Assembly: GCA_964016885.1 (NCBI GenBank)
Contig: OZ024742.1
Coordinates: forward strand, 324,322,001 to 324,386,000
DNA from: Eledone cirrhosa
Taxonomy: Eukaryota
Direction of reading: 5' to 3'
DNA: 64,000 nucleotides
Shown piece by piece: positions 24,809 to 38,869 of the stretch. The notes under the pieces were generated by a model. It was not told where the DNA came from, ran no database searches, and saw only the letters and a list, made by a program, of their open reading frames with translations. Positions within the stretch are counted from its first letter, which is position 1, and each line of letters opens with the position of its first letter. A program made the position numbers and the translations under genes.

Positions 24809-25892
24809 GTGTGTATGTATATATATGTATATATGTGGATATAGATATGTATGTGTGTATATAGATATGTATGGATATGTGTGTATATGATTATGTGCAT
24901 ATGTGTAAATGTGTATTTAGGTTTGCATCTATTTGTGCGTATGTATATTTTTGGTTAGATATCAATATAACTGTACCTCTCTCTATATGTAGTGTGGATA
25001 TATGCACTTTGTAATCTATGAAATTTATGTGTTTTAACTATGCCAACATGTATTTATCTGAGTTTGATTATTTATGCATAAACATACTTGATAGTATTTT
25101 AGAGCTTATTATGCTGTATTATACTAAGTGCAATTTACCACACCGTACTATATGCTGTTGGTTAAGATATATATTATCGCATTACTGTGTTTCATTATCT
25201 TATTATAATTTTCATCTTTTAATATACTATCTTTCCTAGCCATAACCTTAATTTATATTCACCTAAAAACTCAATACAACACTAATCACCATTTATTTTG
25301 ACATCCTTTTAAACTTCACTATACCAGATACATTCAACTATCAGTTTGACAATCCCTTTCCTCCTAATAGATGTTTATGCCAATTCTACTATTAACACCA
25401 TTCAACCATTCTTTTCAAAGGGTCATGACCTCAACTAAAGTGTATTACTTTTCATCTTAACACCATATGAAAAAAACAATTTGATTCGTTAGTTCTTCAA
25501 CTACGTCCAAATAAGGACATGATACTAACATACTACTAATTCTGAATAAAATTATTATTGAATAAAATTATTATTACTTTTGAAAACAGCTGGTGATATG
25601 CATGTAAGTAAATATTCTCTTTATCTGATATTTTGTAACTAACCTTACATAGATCAATAACGGAGTATAGCTACAATGTATTATCATCATCTAGAAACGA
25701 TCGTAAAGCAGTGAAGTATATCTCTAATGACTTGATTTTTTATTTCATTGTTTTAACTTATGTCATGACTCTGTTTTCCTTTTAATCTTTTATTGTTTTC
25801 CGAGATTTATCTTAACCTATAACATTTTCAACATATGGATTACATCGAGTTCTTCATGCAGAATAGACCCCACAACTTACTGTGGATACCTT

Positions 25893-26116
<224 letters not shown>

Positions 26117-26608
26117 AATAAAATATAGAGTTATTAACTCATATAGATACCCTGGAATTAACTAGCTCAAAGTATAAATACTGAGCATTGTAATTGCTGG
26201 CCTTGTGCCTAAAGTAGAAACAATTATAATATTAATATGTGTAGAAGTAAACACACTAAATCCCGTGTCTAAAATTACGAGGGTAGATTACACCACAAAT
26301 GTTATATATCATTCAACCTGAATCATATGGGATGTTACAAGATTTCTTACAAGATTTCTCATACATACCATATCAATAACCATTTCATCTCCCGGACAGA
26401 CTAAAGATTTAATCTGTTTCGCCCTGAATGAATCGTGTTTGTAACAAGTAATCCGTAGGCATTTCGTCAGCGAGAGATAAGACTAAATGCTACACAACAC
26501 CTATAACAATAAACTCACTAAAGTTTACACCTCGTGCGTAGAAATTCATATGCGGTGCGAGTGGTTATGCTAGAAATAATAGCCTATTTACACTCATTTT
26601 TATATATG

Positions 26609-26642
<34 letters not shown>

Positions 26643-26678
26643 CATATATTTACATATATATATTTACATATATATATT

Positions 26679-26758
<80 letters not shown>

Positions 26759-26876
26759 AATATATGCACAAAATATCCTCTATTTGTACACCACACATGT
26801 ATGTATGGTTGTGTATTTACACACCATAAACTTACACGACATACCCCCCCCTATATATATATATATATATATATAT

Positions 26877-27050
26877 AGGAAACGAGTCACGACGCCGACG
26901 GCTGAGTACCGGCCGTTTCGACAGCTAGATCCGAACAGCGAGATTCGACAGCCGTCGGAGTCTTGACTCTTTTCCTATTACCCACTCTACTACCCTAAGT
27001 ATTGAGTACTCTGGTGCGTTCTGATCCACCTGGTATCCTACCACACCTTT
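26877..27050 (+). mobile_element. Family A PLE-end insertion (diverged)
   Basis: Shares CCTATTACCCACTCTACTACCCTAAGTATTGAGTACTCTGGTGCGTT and has a short inverted arm. (TA)n on the left. Confidence 0.65.
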
Positions 27051-27062
27051 TCTGTTCCCTCC

Positions 27063-27194
<132 letters not shown>

Positions 27195-27320
27195 GAAAAT
27201 TGAGAGTGTGTAACACTCAACTTATCAGATAGGCAGTATATGGTTAGCTCAATGTCTGAAGACAGAGCCGTAATACAATTAACAACAAAGAGCGCTTAGA
27301 ACATAGGTATATCTTTAATT

Positions 27321-27364
27321 GCTGACAATGTTTCGTCCACACTAAAAGTGGGACTCTTCAGAGC
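27321..27364 (-). ncRNA. Minimal type I hammerhead ribozyme
   Basis: GCT-CTGAAGA-GTCCCAC-tttta-GTGTGGAC-GAAA-CATTG-TC-AGC. Confidence 0.8.
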
Positions 27365-28886
27365 TTAAAGAGTAGATACAGAGTATAGAAGCATTAACAA
27401 ATCCAAAACAGAAGAATATAATGTAGGGGATATCATAAGGTGGGAGGAATTTAAAGTATTGTTCATGTACAAGATAAGGATTAACGAATAAAGGATAACA
27501 AAAAAAAAAAAAAAAAAAAAAAAAAAATAAAAATAAAAAATAAAAAATAAAATCAAGCAAAAGATAGTGAATATGAGGAATATACTAATACTAATAAGGA
27601 TACGGATCTAAAATGTTATCACTCACAGTTGGGTAGGGTTATATTATGACCGGCAATCATGGAAGCAATGATGTGATTGGTTAACACACAGCTACGTATG
27701 CATACACTCACATAAAAGTATACGTATAAGCATGAGCACCCGCATGCACCTACACGCAAGCATCCATATGCAATACAGAAAGTATACACTAATACAAATA
27801 ACATATCAAAAACGGATGGGCACATACTCCATACTGTGACAAAATATAGCAATAACAGTAGAAACGATGACATATAACATGGAGGAGTACAATATAAAGA
27901 AATATAATAAATTATAAAAACGTATAAAAATATGGGAACATATTATTTTTATAAATATGTATTATTTTGACTGATATATATATATATCCTTATATATATG
28001 TTTCTTTTATATATTTTACGTATATCACTTGTTGCACATAGCTTGATAACTTATACCTTTGCCAGTTTCATCTTTATTCACACCTTCCTTTATGGTGTAT
28101 ATTTTACTTTAATTTTTATCTATTTTTTATCTAGTTTTTATCTATTTTTATCTCTTAACTTCTTTTAAAAAATTTTTTTACCATGCATTTTATACTTTTT
28201 ATATTCTTATTCCTTTATTGTTTATTTCTCATCTATTACGGTGTACTCCTTATGAGTTTCCTACCATGTATGTTCCTTCCGTTATTTGTCCTTATGTTCC
28301 CATATTTTTATACGTTTTTATAATTTATTATATTTCTTTATATTGTACTCCTCCATGTTATATGTCATCGTTTCTACTGTTATTGCTATATTTTGTCACA
28401 GTATGGAGTATGTGCCCATCCGTTTTTGATATGTTATTTGTATTAGTGTATACTTTCTGTATTGCATATGGATGCTTGCGTGTAGGTGCATGCGGGTGCT
28501 CATGCTTATACGTATACTTTTATGTGAGTGTATGCATACGTAGCTGTGTGTTAACCAATCACATCATTGCTTCCATGATTGCCGGTCATAATATAACCCT
28601 ACCCAACAGTGAGTGATAACATTTTAGATCCGTATCCTTATTAGTATTAGTATATTCCTCATATTCACTATCTTTTGCTTGATTTTATTTTTTATTTTTT
28701 ATTTTTTTTTATTTTTTATTTATTTTTATTTTTTATTTTTTATTTTTTATTTTTTATCCTTTATTCGTTAATCCTTATCTTGTACATGAACAATACTTTA
28801 AATTCCTCCCACCTTATGATATCCCCACATTATATTCTTCTGTTTTGGATTTGTTAGTGCTTCTATACTCTGTATCTACTCTTTAA

Positions 28887-28929
28887 GCTCTGAAGAGTCC
28901 CACTTTTAGTGTGGACGAAAATTGTCAGC
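28887..28929 (+). ncRNA. Hammerhead copy in the opposite arm (stem III damaged)
   Basis: Same as 27321-27364 but reads GAAAATTGTC instead of GAAACATTGTC. Confidence 0.6.
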
Positions 28930-29758
28930 AATTAAAGATATACCTATGTTCTAAGCGCTCTTTGTTGTTAATTGTATATATATATATATAAATGTATATA
29001 TATATATATATATCATCCACACATACAATAACGCCCATACCTGCACACACATGCATGCAGACATGCGGACATATCTACCGAGTTGATATTGTCTACATTC
29101 CCATGAAAGAGTCTTGTGTCTATGTTAGAAACCGACTCTCTCTCTCTATTGGTAAACATTGATAAAACTATAAAACCAGACGAAAATATATAGTCTACTA
29201 TTATATTGGGATCTTATCCATTATTATAGGAAATAATTTAAATAGGAAACAATTCAATATTCTATTTCCTATATCCCTATTTCCTTCTTCCTTTGTCATA
29301 TACCTCAATTACTATTCATAATAGCTAGTGGAATCCCATTTCAAATCGTCTTACACTATTAGATCAGTTCAGATCCGTACTCACTCGAAGTCGAAAAGAT
29401 GTATTTCACAGATGTACTTGATACAGAATGTATTCTGAGATCATGTCTCACTGTAGCCCACTTAGATGCTGAATTTAATCTGTCGCCAGTTTTAACACGA
29501 CCACCTCACGCCTGGCTGCTTTCGACAGAATTTTCCTTGTTGAAAGCCTTCGGGTCAGCTCTTCGGTTTCAGGATGTCATTTTCTCATCTATTTTCAATG
29601 CTCTGAAAAGGGTTATAGTCACTTCTCTTCCCCCACTGACTAAATAGTAGTAAAACATATAGTAAAACTGTAGATACCTTCCTCCCACACAGCAATTTTG
29701 GATGTACTGACAAAGGTTTTTTTCCTGACTAAGCGATAGAAACATCATTATTACACAT

Positions 29759-29862
29759 GCCGAGGTTAACTTTGCCTTTCATCCTTACGGGGTCGATAAA
29801 ATAAAGTACCAGTAATACACTGGGAAATTGCTGGCCTTGTGCCAAAAGTAGAAACAATTATT
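29759..29862 (+). mobile_element. 5'-truncated tRNA-derived SINE (family of 56987-57171)
   Basis: GCCGAGGTTAACTTTGCCTTTCATCCTTACGGGGTCGATAAAATAAAGTACCAG...GTAGAAACAATTATT. Confidence 0.8.
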
Positions 29863-30358
29863 ACACATATATAAAAATGATGTCCGATTGAAAAAAAAAT
29901 GTATACTCTGGGAATAATTACCACGATGTTTTCGTATCTTTCGTCCTGAGTTCAAATCCTTATAGGATCCAATTTGTCTTCTATACATGAGATAGGTGAA
30001 GCTATTACCAAGCATGTACTGTGCTCTTCTATCAATGTGAGAAAATAAGAATCCAATACTATAAAATACAGATCATGCATAAACATGAGAAATAGATATT
30101 ACTAGAGAAATATAGATAATATTCCGACTGTGAAAACCAATAACCAAAGTATACACTTTATCTCTCAATGTAAGAAGTTGCTATTAAAGCAAATAATAAA
30201 TATATTGGTAATAATAAGTTTAATATAATTTTCATAAGAAATATTTTGATACTGAACTCTATTCTTAATAAAATATTGTATCTTATATACAGATCTCTCC
30301 CCAAATGAATAAATAAAATAAAACCTTAATATATATAATTCAAATTTAAAAGATATTT

Positions 30359-30419
<61 letters not shown>

Positions 30420-30636
30420 GAGAGAGATAGAGAAAGAGAGATAGAGATAGCGATAGAGAGAGAGAGAGAGTCGTATATCGTTAAAGTATGTACATTTTCT
30501 GGAATATTATTTGCTTTGTAAATGTGTACAAAATACTGTGTTTCTCAAACGATATGTTACTCCTCTCTACATATATCTTTTAAATTTGAATTATTGATGC
30601 TCTGAGAAACATGATCATTATACATATTAAATATAT

Positions 30637-30676
<40 letters not shown>

Positions 30677-30677
30677 G

Positions 30678-30764
<87 letters not shown>

Positions 30765-31076
30765 GCACACACACACACACATATAAACAAATTAACTCGA
30801 AAATAGAGTTTTGAGACGCTAGTGTATAGGATTCTCAGGGAAATGGGAAAACTCGGCGTATGGGAGCTGTTAGAACAGAAAAATGCCGTCGAAGTGGCGT
30901 TGGGTAAAATATTACTGGAAGGATAAAGATCACTTGTTAGCTGTTGACTGGAAGGAAGAGAAGATAGGAAGCAGGAAAAAGAATGTATGAAAGTAAACAG
31001 GTCACACACATTAAATTATGCTCTTCAGATCTCAACCTCCTGCAGTATATATATATATATATATATAAATATAAAG

Positions 31077-31125
31077 GCTTCTACAGGACTAGAACTGTTT
31101 CATTCGGGAGAAATCATCAGGAAGC
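31077..31125 (-). ncRNA. Canonical minimal type I hammerhead ribozyme (family B PLE end, element 31074-31243)
   Basis: GCTTC-CTGATGA-TTTCtcccGAAT-GAAA-CAG..CTG-TA-GAAGC. Inverted partial copy at 31128-31156 plus tail. Inserted in (TA)n. Confidence 0.85.
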
Positions 31126-31289
31126 CTGAATGAAACAGTTCTAGTCCTGTAGAAGCCCTTACTATATTAAATATTTATACTCTGCTTTGTATTGAGTACC
31201 TTACTTACTGTGGTTACTCCCGATTGAACCCGGGATTAACTTATATATATATATATATATATATAAATAGTGAGGTGCTACACTATAAC

Positions 31290-31345
<56 letters not shown>

Positions 31346-31348
<3 letters not shown>

Positions 31349-31610
31349 GTTATACTTTGGGAGGGTCATGTTGCCAATAAGAAACACACGCACCAGTTGC
31401 TTTCACTTCAATTTATTATAATAAATTTCTGGTTGGTTGGTTGGTTCCACAACCAGATAGTTGTTTATATATAGTCATAGTTCTTTCGTCACACACTCTG
31501 TGACCTCTTCAGTGACTTTGTTTCTTTGCCTCTCCTTTGTTCTGTCCTACGCCATTTTGTTTCTGTGTGTGTGTTGTGTGCTCAGTCTGCGCATGCGCCA
31601 CATCCGGGTG

Positions 31611-31663
<53 letters not shown>

Positions 31664-31778
31664 ATACTTTGGGAGGGTCATGTTGCCAATAAGGCAACAT
31701 GACCCTCCCAAAGTATAACAATATCGGTTTCAACACACGATTTCAGATAAAGAATCTTGCTAAACAAATTCAGAAACG

Positions 31779-31812
<34 letters not shown>

Positions 31813-31847
31813 CGTTTCTTATTGGCAACATGACCCTCCCAAAGCAT

Positions 31848-31853
<6 letters not shown>
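31346..31853. mobile_element. Cluster of short PLE ends related to the 20313 ORF family (31346-31612, 31658-31780, 31810-31853)
   Basis: All carry ATGACCCTCCCAAAG(T/C)ATAACAATAT fused to (AT)n. 31699-31780 encodes [27 protein letters not shown]. Confidence 0.75.
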
Positions 31854-31899
<46 letters not shown>

Positions 31900-32059
31900 A
31901 TAATAATAAATTTGAAGACTAAAATCCAAAGAGGGTTCGATAAGGATAAATATATATCAAATATATAAGAACCGTAGAGCAAATATTTATTAAAATAACA
32001 GATTAAAGTTTAAACAAAGAATCGCTGCTTTAATCTGGTGCTTTAAACTTTAATCTGCA

Positions 32060-32127
<68 letters not shown>

Positions 32128-32130
<3 letters not shown>

Positions 32131-32264
32131 CGAAGGAAATGTGGGAAGGAACCAGGTGGACCATAACGTACCAAAGTACTCAATACTTAGGGTAGTAGAG
32201 TGGGTAATAGGAACGAGTAGGACCACGACGGCTGAGCTCAAGCCTATGTATGGTAACTCGTTCC
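32128..32264 (-). mobile_element. Family A PLE-end insertion
   Basis: Homologous to 402-505. Short inverted end CTCGTTCCTA. (TA)n on both sides. Confidence 0.7.
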
Positions 32265-32516
32265 TATATATATATATATATGTCGGGTTACCATACATTT
32301 TCTGTCTACAAAATGTCAATGTCAAGGTATTCTTCAGCATAGAACTATCATGATACCACTTTTCTACTTAGAAGAAATATTTCTAGACTCTACCCATCAG
32401 TATTGAGTGTTCATTCCCTAATATTTGAATGTTTTAAATACTGCGGTATTTTGAACATATATTCTCATCCATCTAACTATGTTTCTGTCCCCCACTCTCT
32501 TTATATATATATATAT

Positions 32517-32715
32517 AGGAACAAGTATGAACCCGACGGCAGAGCTCAAGCCGTTTCGACGGTTATTTCTGGACTAAGTCCAGAAATAGCCGTCGAAACG
32601 GCTTGAGCTCTGCCGTCGGGGTCATACTTGTTCCTATTACCCACTCTACTACACTAAGTATTGAGTACTTTGGTGCGTTATGGTCTATCTGGTTCCTTAC
32701 CACTATTCCTTCGTT
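32517..32715 (+). mobile_element. Family A PLE-end hairpin insertion
   Basis: Inverted arms 32517-32574 and 32578-32636 plus a tail ending CTTCGTTA(TA)n. Confidence 0.75.
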
Positions 32716-32751
32716 ATATATATATACACACACACACACACTCACACGCAA

Positions 32752-32830
<79 letters not shown>

Positions 32831-33861
32831 CCCCCCCTCCATATATATATATATATATAGATATTCGTGTTATACTTTTCACAAGATAGTATCTAAAAAG
32901 TATTACTTGAAGTGTCAAGGTAGATTCATATTATATCTATCTTATTCAGAGCCCCCAAGCTCTCGTAGATTGATAAAGTTAACTTAGAAGGTAGAGGAAT
33001 ATCGAGATTACGAAGTCACAAGATGAATTGTATTCTAGGTTATAAGTTAGTAATGCTACTTATTCTCGCATACCTTTATAAGAGATTATATATTCTATTA
33101 AGAGATTTTAGACAAGGTTAAACACATGTAGATATATTCTATGCAAAAATTTCCTATAATCTTATTCAATTTATCACTCGAAGATCTTAAGTGTCAGTAG
33201 CAATAGCACCAACCAATATGAAACGAATCAGAATCGGTAGTGATTCTATTTGCAGATCATAAATTGCAGCTTACTTGTTTGTCGAACGGCCCCCAGGTTC
33301 CATTGGCTTTAAGCAAATTTAAATATTAGTTATAACCATTCTTCAGATTAAGATAGTTGAAGATAAGAAGGAAGAATGTGGTTCAGAATTTTCAGGGTGA
33401 CTTTTCATATATAAGGATTATACTCATAAATATTAGTTAGAATTTAAAGATAAATATACCATCATTGTTGTTTTTTGTCGTGGCCTAACCTCATCTTAAT
33501 TCTGAAAGAATTGGAATGTAATCAAAAGCGTTCCAGTTATGACCATCGCATCTAATATATAGATAGAGTATATATTCATATTGAAAAAGACATGAGACTG
33601 TAGAGTTACCAATTAATATTTTTATACAGTTTTGTTTTATGAACAATAGAATATTTTGTAATAAAGAAACCAAGGAAGCAACTGCGAAATTATGTTGAAG
33701 ATCCAACCAAAATATTTCGTGAAAAAGTTATATCATTTCAATGAATAAACACAAAACTAGTATAATTTGAAACAGCATTGTGGTAGGATACAGTTTTGAA
33801 AGAATTGTATGCAGGGCCAGCACCAGGATGGAGATTTAGCGGCCTAGTTAGTCCTTAGTGA

Positions 33862-33990
33862 AGGTGTGTGGCTTAATGGTTAGAGAGTTGGATTCACAAT
33901 CGTGAGCTTGCGAGTTCAATTCCGGGATCGGGTGATGCTCTGTGTCCTTGAGCAAAACACTTTATTTCACGTTGCTCGTTCTGCCAGAAG
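33862..33990 (+). mobile_element. tRNA-derived SINE, second family (another copy at about 34692-34810)
   Basis: A box TGGCTTAATGG, B box GAGTTCAATTCC, shared body GTGTCCTTGAGCAAAACACTTTATTTCACGTTGCTC. Confidence 0.7.
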
Positions 33991-35014
33991 TTGCGACCGG
34001 TATCAACAATGGAAAGACCAATGGAAACATTGTTTCCTTGGTCCGATTTGACGAGGTCCACCTCATTCTGCAAGCGAATGAGGTCTGGTATCTTGTCGAT
34101 CGATCAGCGAGCGAGGTTAGTCATACAATGTACACCACTTTCTCCCAGTTATGCACCTCATTCTCCCAGATGAAATGATTTCAACTTACAGTTTGGCAAG
34201 TTGACAAACCAAGGTTTTGACAGTTCTGACTCTGAAAATACAAAACAAATAAAACAAATTAAATTACTAAACCTGCATTTTCCTCTACAAATCATGTTAC
34301 ACGTTATAACACCATACAGCTCTCTCCCCCGCTCTGGGTATTTTCCCAATGTTGAAAGGTGGCAAATGATTTATTTATTGATTGGAAGAAATTATTATAT
34401 ATTTGATTTAATTATACAAATTTCTATAAAACTGATGTTTTAAGCTTCAGCAATTTGCCTCTCTATAATTATTTGCCTGTATTATCCATTGTGTTCATTA
34501 TTAAGACAAGCAGAGTTTCATTTGTGCGTAATTGATCTGCTATTTCTAGCAGTTCGATAAGAGAAACTTACTACCATCTATGGTAAAATTGTTTGTTGCT
34601 GAGCACAGGAATATCTTTTACGAAACTGAGATTAATTGAGATTTTTTTTAAAAGAAAAAGAACCGACAAAGTTATATATATCAACAGTCGATCGCGTGGC
34701 TAAATGGTTAGAGAATTGCACTCTCAATCGTAAAGTTGTGAGTTCGGTTCCCGGACCGGGCGATGCGTTATGTCTTTGAAAAAGACACTTTATTTCACGT
34801 TGCTCCTTCTACCTGGAGTTCTGACCGTTAGAAAGTATTACATCTAGTTCCAGTCAGGAACTAGATGTTGAAGCGGCAAGAAGTCAGCTGTTTGGGTCCC
34901 GACTCTTTATAATATAAACATACTCTACTACCCCAGCTATCGAGTACTCTGTTGAGTAAAGGTCTAACCAGTTTCAAACTGAATCCATCCATCCAGATTT
35001 ATATATACATACAT

Positions 35015-35046
<32 letters not shown>

Positions 35047-35859
35047 GTACAAAAAGGAAAAGGAAAGGAGTCGACCGTCAGATCAGGTCAATGAAACAAT
35101 GTTTCCATAACTCTTTCTTTCTATTTGCTGAAATTGTCAGCCGGTCAGAACTTTTGGCTGAAGGAAGCAGGATTTGAACTAAGTACACACAAAATCGGAT
35201 CAGATATCACAAAGCACCTTCTTCCACTCTTCAATAATATAACCAATCCACTAAATTCAGTATAAAATGCAAAGCTGACCTCCATGGGAGAGGAAGTCAG
35301 AGCACTGAAATCTGAAACGAACACTAAGACATTTTATCCGACACCTATAACGACTCTACCACTTTCGCTGATTCAGCGCTTGTCTAAAAGTAGAGATTAT
35401 TCAAAACTAGAACATGTTTCACCATATGTTATTTATTTAGTTATTTTTTATTTTCCATTGGTGACGTTTATCAATTAAGACAGTTAACACTCTGCTAAGA
35501 TTTCTTTATATTCTGACATAAAAGAAAACTTTGTTTCTATAAAGCGGAACCTAATTATTCTTAATAGAAGCCGTATATGGAAATTGACAGATCTAATTGC
35601 TAAGGAGTCATTCTTTGAGGAGGCGACAGAGCCAATGACAATAATGATAATAATAACAACAACAACAACAACAGTAATAATGATAAATTCTTTATTGGCC
35701 ACAAGTGTCTAAATATGTAGGACAATTCAAAAGTAAGGGACAGTGTGGATTTACAAAAAAAAAAAATCGAGTAAAAAAAGATAACAAATAAGAATAAACA
35801 ATGCAATTATAACAAGATGGGAGGAGAGGTCTGTTCTTCCTTGTCTTTGTTGAGAGCAG

Positions 35860-36210
35860 AAAGCTCTCAACACAAGACCGTTTGTCCCCAAAGATGGCAA
35901 TAAGGCCTCTTCCCCTCAAACACTAATGTGGAATTCTACTCCATCCGGCAAGCGAATAAAGTCTGAAATCTTTTCGATCCTTTCTAGGTTGATGTGGAGG
36001 AGTATCTCCACACTCATCTAAGACTAGTTTTCTCTTTTTGTCTTCACCTCGAGGAGGGTGTCGCTCCCCTCAAGAATCATGCTAGCCAGGATCCACCAAA
36101 TATCCAGCTCTGGCGGGATTCCTTCAATTCAGACCGTTACGTTCCTTGGTACAACGGATAGAGTATGAATTTGTCTGTTCAACAGTGGACCACATAATTT
36201 TCGCGGCCAC
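35860..36210 (-). pseudogene. Fragment of a third Tx1-family ORF1
   Basis: Minus strand gives GIPPELDIWWILASMIL and EGKRPYCH, homologous to PAEVNIWWIL and EGKRPQCHKC of copy 2. Confidence 0.65.
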
Positions 36211-36420
36211 AGCTTAACATCTATTAATGTTAATCTTATAAGTGCTGTTACTTCAATTAATAAGTATTATCTCATCTCTAGTTGTATTCCTATAACATTC
36301 TTTTAGGTGTGTTTGTGTGTAACATTCAAGGAAAATATTTCCAGTCATTGCACGTAATATCTTTATTACTAATAACATTTTAATTGTGTGTTTAATCTTC
36401 CATAAAGTTTTAACTGTATT

Positions 36421-36636
36421 TTAACCCTTTAACATTTAAACCGGTCGTATCCGGCTAGAATTCTCTCACTTCTTTCTGTTCAAACCGGCTGTAACCAGCC
36501 GCTCATACCTAAATTAAGGTATTGTTTTCGAAATAAATAATACCAACATCTCATAGATTCAATATTATGTCAGATAAAGCCTTTACCGTGAAAATAAAAA
36601 AGTAAATATAGAGTATTGTAAATGCTAAAGGATTAA
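36421..36636. mobile_element. piggyBac-type MITE
   Basis: TTAA-CCCTTTAACATTTA ... TAAATGCTAAAGG(A/G)-TTAA: inverted termini bounded by TTAA. Confidence 0.55.
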
Positions 36637-36927
36637 ATAGGAACCCTTAAAATACAATAGTAAATATAGAGTATTGTAAATGCTAAAGGGCTAAATAGGA
36701 ACCCTTAAAATACAATAGTAAATATAGAGTATTGTAAATGCTAAAGGATTAAATAGGAACTCTTAAAATACAATAGTAAATATAGAGTATTGTAAATGCT
36801 AAAGGATTAAATAGGAACCCTTAAAATACAATAGTAAATATAGGGTAATGTAAATACTAAAGGGCTAAATAGGAACCCTTAAAATACAATAGTAAATATA
36901 GAGTAATGTAAATACTAAAGGGCTAAA
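36601..36927. repeat. 58-bp minisatellite, about 5.6 copies
   Basis: Units start at 36601, 36659, 36717, 36775, 36833 and 36891. Confidence 0.92.
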
Positions 36928-37340
36928 TTTCTTTGTTTTAGGAATTGAGAAGTTCGGACATGTGGTTGGTAAATAATTATGCTATTTATGTTGTTTAAAA
37001 GATTCTGTTGAAATCAATACGGTAGAAATGTGTTTTCCTATTGATTTGATAGAAATGTTCGTAAATTAATTACATAATTTAATGTAATTCAATCCTGGTT
37101 CTTTTTATTCATTTTATATATGTGCTCTGTGATATTGTAAAATTACTGTGATTAGAAATTTACCTATAGCATTAAACTCTGAACTGACTTTTACCTATCT
37201 TGCTGTTGACTATATTTGAGCTTTGATTTAGTCTTTGCCTCTATATGGTTGTGTTATTAGCGTAAAACTAATAATATATTTCTTTATTGTACTGTGTCGT
37301 TTGCTTTGTTATGTCTGTTTACATTTTACACACACACACA

Positions 37341-37386
<46 letters not shown>

Positions 37387-38682
37387 GCTAACTAGCTAGC
37401 TGTCTATCTATCTATGTATCTTTCTTTCTCTCTTTCCCTCCCCCCCTCTTTCTATTTCTCTCTGTCTATCTATTTATCTATGTATCTACCTATCTATCTG
37501 CTAATCTGTCCTATCTAATTATTTTCTATATTTCTGTTTCCAATGTTGTAAATACTACACCTCGAATAATACCAGTTATTTAACGCTATATTTTCCGTAA
37601 TATATAAAAACACAATTTACATTTTATGTAGCTCGGTCATCTGATGCTTTGATATTTATTTTACTAAATATTAAAGATAAAACACCGAAAATTTCACAAG
37701 TGTTGATTGATCGACGTTTCATTTATGATATTATTTGCAATCAAAGTTTATCTCCACTTTAGAAGCTCATCAGAGTGGCGCAAATTCGGGTTTCAAGTGA
37801 CGGTAAGCGACTGAAAGTCTATTACAGTGTGAACCCCATCTTTTGCTGGCACTCATTCTTTAGCTGCGTGGACTTGAACTTATGTTTCATATTCAAGAAC
37901 ACAACGCTCCTCGAGCCTACGACCGAGAGTCAAACATCTTATTATATTACGCACTTTCACAAATAATTACGTAAATAAGTTCTGAAATCAAAATTGCACA
38001 ATTCATTGAAAATAATTCTAACAGTCTCCTGTATTTTGTGCAACCATGAGACACAATGGCAAGAGATACGCACGAATAGATGAAATTGTGAAAGTTCATA
38101 TAGATAACAGCGTAGAGAGAGCAAACAACAAAAAGACATAATTTCTGAGAAAGAACTATAAAGATTTACATTTAGATTTAGACACTAGAGATTCTATAAA
38201 TGAAGCTATGATTTATAATTAGATAATTACGGTACTTTTGAGACGAAACTGCTAAATTTTCTGCAGCTAGACTGTTAGTAATTCTGGTTAGGGTGATGAA
38301 AGATAGCAGAAGATTGAGATAAACGACATCGAAAATAAGCAAAAAAAAAAAAATAAAATTGAGATGAAAAGATAAGGAAATGGTGTACTGCAATGAGGAA
38401 AAAGAAGAGAAAAATAAAGAACATTTAAAGCTGGCATTAATTACAAGCAATAGTCAGATAACTCTCGGAACAATAACTGTATTTAAGAGAAGGCAGACAG
38501 TGTACAATTATGAACTCAGTAGACCGGTTACAACTACCAGTTGATAATATTTGAACTCCAAAACAAAGGAAGGCACTCGTACAGACACAATCGACCTGTT
38601 GGAAGTAGCAGCCAGGTCTACCTCAAACTAGACCCTGCCGTATGTTTAGCAGAGTATTAATGACACTTTGGTAACATGGTTA

Positions 38683-38869
38683 ATAATTGTTTCTACTTTT
38701 GGCACAAAGCCAGCAATTATCCCAGTGCATTACTGGTACTTTATTTTATCGACCCCGTAAGGATGAAAGGCAAAGTTAACCTCGGCGGGATTTGAACTCA
38801 GATCATAAAGGGAGGTAACTCTATCCTTCAAAGCATGGCGCCCCACCCTCTACCGATACTGCCAATCCA
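38683..38869 (-). mobile_element. tRNA-derived SINE (family of 56987-57171); a diverged relative lies at about 39280-39397
   Basis: Reverse complement of the SINE consensus, including the B box GAGTTCAAATCCC. Confidence 0.85.

Noticed and set aside
25585-25712. Possible hammerhead in the Naiad arm (CTGGTGA...GAAACGATCGTA)
   Set aside because: The 3' half is typical, but the core is mutated and stem I could not be closed.
33862-33935. tRNA-like sequences at SINE heads
   Set aside because: They have A/B boxes but no full cloverleaf and continue into SINE bodies, so they are not tRNA genes.
36601-36927. Regular repeats resembling a CRISPR array
   Set aside because: No unique spacers, no cas genes, and a eukaryotic context.
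37763-37802. Possible 40-nt host exon (TTTAG|...|GTAAGC)
   Set aside because: Isolated, with no recognisable peptide or partner exons. Expected by chance.
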